A DNA stretch of 64,000 nucleotides from Thermoanaerobaculia bacterium (GTDB lineage Bacteria; Acidobacteriota; Thermoanaerobaculia; UBA5066): NCBI GenBank assembly GCA_038245905.1, contig JBBRRY010000005.1, forward strand, positions 1-64,000, given 5' to 3'. The translations under genes and the position numbers were made by a program. The notes below the pieces were generated by a model. That model had not been told where the DNA came from. It saw nothing but the letters and a program-made list of their open reading frames with translations, and did no database searches. Below, in pieces: positions 57,450 to 64,000 of the stretch; the first letter of the stretch is position 1; every line of letters begins with the position of its first letter.

Positions 57450-58807
57450 AAGAGCTCTTCGATGTCGCGATCGTCGGGTCCGGCTTCGCGGGCTCGCTCC
57501 TCGCGCTCGTCGCGCGTCGCATCGGCCTTTCGGTCGTTCTCCTCGAAAAGGGATCGCATCCGCGCTTCGCGATCGGCGAGTCCACGTCTCCGCTCACGAA
57601 CCTGATGCTCGAGAGTCTCGCGACCCGCTACGATCTGCCGCGCCTCCTCCCTCTGACGAAGTGGGGCCTCTGGCAGGCGACGTACCCGGGGATCGGCGCA
57701 GGCCTGAAACGCGGATTTACGTTCTTCGGCCACGAGGACGGGCGTCCCTTCGCGAACCTCGGCAACGGCCGCGACCGGCATCTCGTCCCCGCGAGTCCCC
57801 GCGACGCGATCGCCGACACACACTGGTACCGCCCCGACGTCGATGCGTTCCTCGTGAAGGAGGCTGCGGACGCCGGCGTCGATTATCGCGATCGCTTCGC
57901 TCTTGACGCCGTCGACCGGAGCGGGGCCGTCTGGGACATCGAGGGTCGGCGGGACGACGCGCCCGCCACGTTTTCGGCGCGCTTCCTCGTGGATGCGACG
58001 GGCCGCGAGACCGCTCTCGCGAGGACTTTCGGCGCTCCACTCGCCTTCTCCGCCGGCATGCCCGCCACGCAGGCTCTCTTCTCCCATTTCGCGGGCGTGA
58101 GGCGCCTCGACTCGATGGCGGAATTCCGGACCACGACCGCACCCCCCTATCCGCTCGACGACGCGGCCGTGCATCACATCTTCGAGGGAGGCTGGATCTG
58201 GGTGCTTCGTTTCGCGAACGGGATCACGAGCGCGGGCGTCGCCGCGACGGAGGCGCTCGCCCGAGACCTCGATTTCGCCGCGGGTGGGCCTGCATGGAGG
58301 AGGCTCCTCGACCGCTTTCCCACGATTCGCGCCCAGTTCAGCGAGGCGCGTGCTCTCCGGGCTTTCGATCACTGTCCGCGGGTCGCGTTCCGGCGGGCCC
58401 GCGCGGCAGGCCTCGGGTGGGCGCTTCTTCCCTCCGCGGCCGCCTTCGCCGACCCGCTCCTCTCGACAGGCTTCCCCCTGACGCTGCTCGGGATCGACCG
58501 CCTCGCGAGCGCTTTCAAGGAAGACTTCGGAACGCCCCGGTTCGACTCGCGCCTTCGGGATTACGAATCGAACACGCTCCAGGAGGCGGACCGCACCGCC
58601 GCGTTCGTCGGATCGCTCTACCGTGTCCTCGGCGACTTTCCGCGCTTCGTCGAACGCGCGTCGCTCTATTTCAGGGCTGCGGAATCCGTGGAGTCGATCG
58701 CCCGCGCACACCTCTCGGGCGACCCCTCGCGCCCGATCGCATTCCTCGACCTGCCGGAGCAAATCGAGGTCAGCGCCTCTTGCGCGACTTCTTCGGCGCC
58801 TTCTTGA
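57446..58807 (+). CDS. FAD-dependent halogenase-like oxidoreductase
   Basis: GSGFAG, RFAIGEST, LKRG, WIWVLRF, FADPLLSTG; GTGA coupling. Confidence 0.8.
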   Translation: MKELFDVAIVGSGFAGSLLALVARRIGLSVVLLEKGSHPRFAIGESTSPLTNLMLESLATRYDLPRLLPLTKWGLWQATYPGIGAGLKRGFTFFGHEDGRPFANLGNGRDRHLVPASPRDAIADTHWYRPDVDAFLVKEAADAGVDYRDRFALDAVDRSGAVWDIEGRRDDAPATFSARFLVDATGRETALARTFGAPLAFSAGMPATQALFSHFAGVRRLDSMAEFRTTTAPPYPLDDAAVHHIFEGGWIWVLRFANGITSAGVAATEALARDLDFAAGGPAWRRLLDRFPTIRAQFSEARALRAFDHCPRVAFRRARAAGLGWALLPSAAAFADPLLSTGFPLTLLGIDRLASAFKEDFGTPRFDSRLRDYESNTLQEADRTAAFVGSLYRVLGDFPRFVERASLYFRAAESVESIARAHLSGDPSRPIAFLDLPEQIEVSASCATSSAPS

Positions 58808-60554
58808 CCGGCCGCGCCGGCTCCGGAGCCGCGCGCATCGTGACCGTCAGCGGCACCGGGCCGTAGAGCGGCGGCGGCGGCCCGCCGAAGAAGCTCACGA
58901 CGGCCGACGCCATGGACTCGGCGAAGGCGTCGCGGAATCCGCGCGTCTTCATGAGAGCGCGGTCCTCCTCGTTGCCGAGATTCGCGAGCTCGACGAGGAC
59001 GCGATTCGGAACCCGGTTGTACCGGAGAACGGCCGGCACCCACTCGCGGCCTCCCCGGATGACGTGCGTACGCACCGGCGAGAACGGATGGACGGGGAGG
59101 CCGGCCTCGCGCAGCGCGGAGACGATGCTGTTCGCGAGGGCCGTGGACGCGCCTTCCGACGCGACGCGCTCCTTGCGGTTGAAGGAGACGACAGGCTGCT
59201 CCTTCACCTCCCGATACCCCGCGTACGCCGGACCCGTCTTGCTGTATCGGTCGCGGAGGTAGCGCTCACCCGGCACGTACACCATCGCGCCGCGCACGGA
59301 CGGGTGCAACGAGTCGGCATGCAGCGAGACGAACACGGTCCTCTCCGGCGGCACCTTCGAGCCGTCCGGCCCCGGCCGCCGGATCAGGCTGTTCGCGAGG
59401 TACCACCGGAGGTTGACGCCAACCGTCGGATCCTGCAGCGAATATGCCGGCTCCGTGAGGAGAACCTGGTTCCGGGCGCTGCGAAGCGCGTCGCGCTCAG
59501 GCACCCTCCACCCGAGGGCCGTGTCCCGCGTCGTCATGAGGACGTCGGCGCGCGTCCTCTCGGAGAGGATCTTCCGTAGCCGGCAGGCGACGTCGTAGAC
59601 ATACGTCGACTCCCACACGCCGCCGTGAAGCGTGCCCGTGTCGCGGCCGCCGTGGCCCGCGTCGAGGATCACGCGTACGCCCGCGAGCCCCCGGGCGATC
59701 TCGGGCCGCGCGAACTGGACCGTCTCGGCCTTCTCCCGCGCGCGCTCCAAAGAGCGTGGGTCGTCTTTCGGCAGAAACTCCTCCGACAAGTATTCGAGGG
59801 GAACCTTCACGGGAAAGCCCACGGGGATCGCGTGGACGTTCTCGACACCGGAACGCGAGGCGATCGTCATGGCGAGCTCGTTCACGTCGACCGCGTCGAG
59901 ACGGCCCGTGAAGCGCACGACGACCGCCGAATAGAGTGCCTCGCCCTTACGGAGCCTGTAGACAGCGTAGCGGCCCTTCTCGTCCTGATCGAAGACGAGG
60001 TTCGGGGGCTCGGTGTCGGGGATGGGCTCGGCGCCCTGGAACGGGCTCGTGAGCAGCTCCGCGGGAATCCGAACCGTTGCGCCGGGAGGGACGACGTCAC
60101 CCGTGAGTCCGTTTTCCTTCGCGAGGGCGGGAGCGTTCTCCGGCGCTCCAGTGAACCACTCGGCGATGTCGACGAGGCGTTCTTCCTCGACGGCGATGTG
60201 GAGCCAACCCGCCGTCGCGCGCACGTCGGACGGGAAAAGCGCCTGGATCGCGGCGCGCCGCGATTCGTCCGAAAGCGCCCCGAAAGAAAGCACCGCGCTC
60301 CGGGAGCCGGAGGCAACTCCCGGCAGAGCGAGAACGCGCTGTGCGGTTGCTTCGTCTTTCGACACGCGGCGCGCGAACCCGGCGGGCGTCTCGCCCTCGA
60401 GAGGCCGCGTTTCGACCGTGATGGCGCCATCTACGCGCTGGACGGTGAAGTCGCGGGACACCTCGACGCGACGGGCCGGGGCGGGCGGGGACGAGGCGGC
60501 CGGAAACAGAAGGAAGGCCGAGACCGCGGCGGCGGCCGCGCGGTGACCGCTCAA
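58770..60554 (-). CDS. N-acetylmuramoyl-L-alanine amidase (Amidase_3) with long N-terminal region
   Basis: ILDAGHGGRD.G, FVSLHADS, VLVELAN; TTG start overlapping gatA stop. Confidence 0.85.
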   Translation of the reverse strand: MSGHRAAAAAVSAFLLFPAASSPPAPARRVEVSRDFTVQRVDGAITVETRPLEGETPAGFARRVSKDEATAQRVLALPGVASGSRSAVLSFGALSDESRRAAIQALFPSDVRATAGWLHIAVEEERLVDIAEWFTGAPENAPALAKENGLTGDVVPPGATVRIPAELLTSPFQGAEPIPDTEPPNLVFDQDEKGRYAVYRLRKGEALYSAVVVRFTGRLDAVDVNELAMTIASRSGVENVHAIPVGFPVKVPLEYLSEEFLPKDDPRSLERAREKAETVQFARPEIARGLAGVRVILDAGHGGRDTGTLHGGVWESTYVYDVACRLRKILSERTRADVLMTTRDTALGWRVPERDALRSARNQVLLTEPAYSLQDPTVGVNLRWYLANSLIRRPGPDGSKVPPERTVFVSLHADSLHPSVRGAMVYVPGERYLRDRYSKTGPAYAGYREVKEQPVVSFNRKERVASEGASTALANSIVSALREAGLPVHPFSPVRTHVIRGGREWVPAVLRYNRVPNRVLVELANLGNEEDRALMKTRGFRDAFAESMASAVVSFFGGPPPPLYGPVPLTVTMRAAPEPARPVKKAPKKSRKRR

Positions 60555-62038
60555 CTCACAGCGCCCGGGGCGCGACGCAGGAGAACGCCGGACGCGTCCT
60601 CGAGGACCCGCGCGAGCGCGAAAAGCAGCGGCTCCGCGTCGCCCTTCCCGATTAGCTGCATCCCGATGGGGAGTCCGTCGCGGGAAAAGCCGGACGGTAC
60701 CGAGACCGCCGGAAGGCCCGCCAGGCTCGGCGGGACCGTGAACACGTCGGCGAGATACATCGCGAGCGGGTCGTCCGTCTTCACCCCAAGAAGGAAGGCA
60801 GGTTCGGGCGACGTCGGGCACAGGATGGCGTCCACGTGCCGGAAGGCCGCGGCGAAATCGCGCGCGAGAAGCGCACGCACTTTCTGGGCGCGGCCGTAGT
60901 ACGCGTCGTGATACCCCGACGAGAGTGCAAACGTTCCGAGCAGGATGCGCCGTTTGACCTCGGGACCGAAGCCGCCCGACCGTGTCTCCCGGTAGAGCGC
61001 GGCGAGCGACGCCTCGCCCTTCCTCGCGCCGTACCTCACGCCGTCGAAACGCGCGAGATTCGACGAGGCCTCGGCCGTGGCCGTGAGGTAGTAGACCGGG
61101 ACGGCATAAGGCACGCGCGGGACGGACACCGTCGTCACCACGGCCCCCGCGGCCCGCAGCGTCTCCGCCGCCTGCTCGAAGGACGCCTTCACGTCCGCGT
61201 GCAGGCCTCCCTCCGCGGACGTCGCCTCCGCGAGAAGGCCGATCCGCGTTCCGGGGAGACGCGCCCCGAGCCGCGCGGCCACATCCGGCACCGGAGTCGT
61301 GAGAGCCGTCGCGTCCTTCGGGTCGGCCCCCGCCATCACCGAGAAGGCGCGTGCCCCCTCGTCCACGGACCGCGTGAGCGCGCCCGCCTGGTCGAAGGAC
61401 GACGCGAACGCGATGAGGCCGTAGCGCGAGACGCGCCCGTATGTCGGCTTCCATCCCACGAGGCCGCAGAAAGAGGCCGGCTGGCGCACGGAACCGCCCG
61501 TGTCGGTCCCGATCGAGAGCGGCACAGCGCGAGCGGCGACCGCCGCGGCCGAGCCTCCCGAGGAACCGCCCGGTACGCGCGTCGGGTCCCAGGGGTTTCG
61601 TACCGGGCCGTACGCCGAGTTCTCGTTCGAGGAACCCATGCCGAACGCGTCGCAATTCGTCTTGCCGACGACGACGGCGCCCGCGTCCACGAGCCGCTCG
61701 ACGCACGTCGCATGATCGGGCGACACGAATCCGGCGAGGATCTTCGAGCCCGCCGTCGACGGGCGGTCCGCAACGTTGATGTTGTCCTTGACGGCGAGGG
61801 GGACGCCGGCGAGAGACAGCCGCTCGCCCGCACCGACGCGGCGGTCGATCGCTTCGGCCTCGCGGAGGGTCGCCTCCGGGTCCGTCGAAAGGAACGCCCC
61901 GAACGCTTTCTGCGCCTTCTCGACGCGTGCGAGCGACTCCTCGGCGATCGCGCGGGCCGTCACGCGCCCGGAGCCGACGGCGTCCGCGAGAACGATGAAC
62001 GAACCCTCGAGAAGGGCGGCCGGGGAAAGCTCGGTCAC
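60551..62038 (-). CDS. gatA: Asp/Glu-tRNA amidotransferase subunit A
   Basis: AVKDN, GGSSGGSAA, GTDTGGSVRQPA, SSNLARFDG, EVKRRI.LG. Confidence 0.96.
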   Translation of the reverse strand: MTELSPAALLEGSFIVLADAVGSGRVTARAIAEESLARVEKAQKAFGAFLSTDPEATLREAEAIDRRVGAGERLSLAGVPLAVKDNINVADRPSTAGSKILAGFVSPDHATCVERLVDAGAVVVGKTNCDAFGMGSSNENSAYGPVRNPWDPTRVPGGSSGGSAAAVAARAVPLSIGTDTGGSVRQPASFCGLVGWKPTYGRVSRYGLIAFASSFDQAGALTRSVDEGARAFSVMAGADPKDATALTTPVPDVAARLGARLPGTRIGLLAEATSAEGGLHADVKASFEQAAETLRAAGAVVTTVSVPRVPYAVPVYYLTATAEASSNLARFDGVRYGARKGEASLAALYRETRSGGFGPEVKRRILLGTFALSSGYHDAYYGRAQKVRALLARDFAAAFRHVDAILCPTSPEPAFLLGVKTDDPLAMYLADVFTVPPSLAGLPAVSVPSGFSRDGLPIGMQLIGKGDAEPLLFALARVLEDASGVLLRRAPGAVS

Positions 62039-62042
62039 CCCG

Positions 62043-62330
62043 TCAATCCCTCGTGACGACGCGCGGAACCACGAAGTGCCCGTGCGCGAACGCCGGTGCG
62101 TTCGCCTCGACGACACGGACGGGAAGGCACACGTCCACGGCGTCCGCGCGGAGGGGCATCGCGCGGGGCGCCTCGTCTCCCACGAGAAGCTCGTCCGGAA
62201 TTTCCCGGAGCGCCTCGAAATGCTCGACAATTCTCGTGAGCTGCTCGGCCATCGCGCTCCGCTCGGCGTCCGTCAGGTCGAGGGACGCGAGAGCGGCCAC
62301 CTTCGAGACGAGCACGGCGTCGATCTTCAC
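62043..62330 (-). CDS. gatC: Asp/Glu-tRNA amidotransferase subunit C
   Basis: VAALASL.L, LRAD, NAP, FVVPRV. Confidence 0.92.
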   Translation of the reverse strand: MKIDAVLVSKVAALASLDLTDAERSAMAEQLTRIVEHFEALREIPDELLVGDEAPRAMPLRADAVDVCLPVRVVEANAPAFAHGHFVVPRVVTRD

Positions 62331-62400
62331 GGAGAAAGTATAGCGAGCCGCTTGACGCCCGCTGGGCTCGCCCGTACCGTCTCTTGCGAGGAGTGCCAAC

Positions 62401-64000
62401 GTGAGACCCTTCCTCCTCTTTCGCCCCGGCGGCGAGGTGCCGGAGGCCATTCGGATTCCGCTCGAGAAGGCGGGCACCGAGATTCTCGTGGCGCGTTCGC
62501 TCGAGGAAGCCGGGGCTCTCCTGCACGCTTCGATGCCGGACGTCCTCCTCATCGTGCCCCCGGGCACGGCGGCGGACGCGGCGAAGCTCCTGGCCCTCCT
62601 CCCCCAGGCGATCGCGCCCCCCTCGATTTTCGTCCTCACCGACGATGGAACTCCGAGCCGTCCGCTCGCGCTCGAGACGATCTCCCGCAACCCGTGGAAC
62701 CGGGCCACGGCGGCGCTCGGGGACGGCTCGGACGACCCGGCCCCTGCGATCTTCCTCTCCCGGGTTCAGCTCACCTCTCTTCTGGAGCTGTGGGAGCAGC
62801 TCGCAGCCGAGGGACGCGACTTCGTAGAACACGCGCTCCGCGCGCTCTCCCTCTCCCTGGACGCGTCGCGCGTCAGCCTCTTCCGCTGGAAGGCGGGCTC
62901 GGCGGTCGCCACTCTTGTGGGCTCGAGCCTCGGGCCAGGGGTCGTCGGGCGCGAGGTCGAGATCGTGCGCTATCCCGAGCTGCGTGCGGCCGCGTCCCGG
63001 TCAGGCCCCGTCCTCGTTGAGGAAATCGACCGCGATCCCCTGATGGGCGAGGCCAAGGGTTTCCTCGAGGGCGCTCCGATCCGGTCCCTGCTCTGTCGCC
63101 AGCTCCCCGGCGAAGGCAGCGACATTTACCTCCACGCGGTCCGCGGGCGTGTGCCGTTCGGCCTCGTGGACGTCGCCCTTCTCGGAGCCGCCGCCCGACT
63201 GCTTCGGGCCGCACACGATCAGGGCCGCCCGAGCGAGCCTCTCGAAAAGAACCCCGACCGCAAGCGTTTGCGCACCGTACATCGCATCCTCAGCGGGATC
63301 CCGGACGCGACCGCGATGGTGGGTCCGACGGGCGAGATCCTGATCGTGAATCCGCCCTTCTGCGCGCTGGTTGGCCGGCTCGAGTCCGAGCTGATCGGGC
63401 TCGACTATCACGCGCTGCTCCGCCCGACCGTACCCGAGGACACGCTCGACGAGCCGCCGCTTTCAGACGGGTCGCCCCTTGCGCGAGAGAGGCTGCGCCT
63501 TCTCACCGGCTCCGGCCGGACGATCCCCGTCGAGGTCATTTCGATGCCGACGCCGGACGAAACGGCGGGACAGGCCGGCTGGTCGACACTCACGCTTCGC
63601 GACCGCCGTATGGAAAACTCGCGCGCGGCCCGCGCGAAAGAGCTCGGCAAGGAGCTTGCCGAGACCTCGTACCAGCTCGACACGCTCGAGACGAGCGTGC
63701 GGGAGGCGGAGGTCATGCGCGCGCGCTTCTGGACGGCGGCGGCCCACGAGCTCCGAACTCCTCTCGCGATCGTCCAGAGCTACCTCGAAGTCGTCCTCAC
63801 CGACCTTGCCGCCGAGGTCCCCGAGCGGCCGACTCAGCTCCTGAAGACGGCCGCGGACGGGCTCTCGCGTCTCGAGCGGCTCATCGCCGACGTGCTGGAC
63901 GCGGCCGTCACGGGCCGGGCGCGGGCCACGCTCCGCCTCGCAGACGTCGACCTGGCCGAGGTCGTCCGCGGCCTTTCGGGGGCTCTCTCGGCAGCGGCGT
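62401..64000 (+). CDS. Sensor histidine kinase, partial (receiver-like, GAF-like, PAS, HisKA); runs off window
   Basis: Frame from GTG 62401 gives IPDA..MV...GEILIVNPPFC (PAS) and AAHELRTPL (H-box). Confidence 0.85.
   Translation, partial: MRPFLLFRPGGEVPEAIRIPLEKAGTEILVARSLEEAGALLHASMPDVLLIVPPGTAADAAKLLALLPQAIAPPSIFVLTDDGTPSRPLALETISRNPWNRATAALGDGSDDPAPAIFLSRVQLTSLLELWEQLAAEGRDFVEHALRALSLSLDASRVSLFRWKAGSAVATLVGSSLGPGVVGREVEIVRYPELRAAASRSGPVLVEEIDRDPLMGEAKGFLEGAPIRSLLCRQLPGEGSDIYLHAVRGRVPFGLVDVALLGAAARLLRAAHDQGRPSEPLEKNPDRKRLRTVHRILSGIPDATAMVGPTGEILIVNPPFCALVGRLESELIGLDYHALLRPTVPEDTLDEPPLSDGSPLARERLRLLTGSGRTIPVEVISMPTPDETAGQAGWSTLTLRDRRMENSRAARAKELGKELAETSYQLDTLETSVREAEVMRARFWTAAAHELRTPLAIVQSYLEVVLTDLAAEVPERPTQLLKTAADGLSRLERLIADVLDAAVTGRARATLRLADVDLAEVVRGLSGALSAAA

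Noticed and set aside
60551-62330. Absence of gatB, E3 (lpd), dapE/dapF and the mutase B12-binding subunit
   Set aside because: These genes are often unlinked; absence from a 64-kb window is uninformative.

Overview
High-GC bacterial DNA (about 65-70% by eye). Gene order and protein style suggest Acidobacteriota, possibly Thermoanaerobaculia; this is inference. Bases 1-~9250 are the right end of an integrated phage-like or satellite element: terS-like gene, terL, exported-protein cargo, a DUF6998-like gene, small regulators and a tyrosine integrase. It abuts the 5' end of tRNA-Arg(CCT), which is followed by an orphan integron-like cassette and a gene fragment. The rest is mostly core genome: uvrB, PBP1A, rplI-DUF2232-rpsR-rpsF-pth-rplY-prs-tRNA-Gln-ispE-lipoprotein-TPR, methylmalonyl-CoA mutase, the asd-lysC-dapB-dapA-dapD-lysA operon, 2-oxoacid dehydrogenase E1/E2, lipB/lipA, ferredoxin, a Gld-type ABC system, an amidase, gatCA and a partial sensor kinase. 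Most notable observations: (1) an AT-rich motif TTCWAAGAAATC, strongly over-represented in core genes in several reading frames, often as inverted pairs, and not seen in the mobile element; (2) two orphan Hcp-family tube proteins with Sec signal peptides, one fused to a PKD-like domain, under duplicated direct-repeat promoters; (3) an asparagine-synthase-like / RaSEA-like radical SAM / flavin-halogenase-like operon; (4) an Ile/Lys/Met/Thr leader-peptide attenuator ahead of the lysine operon. All family calls come from motifs recognised by eye; no searches were run.
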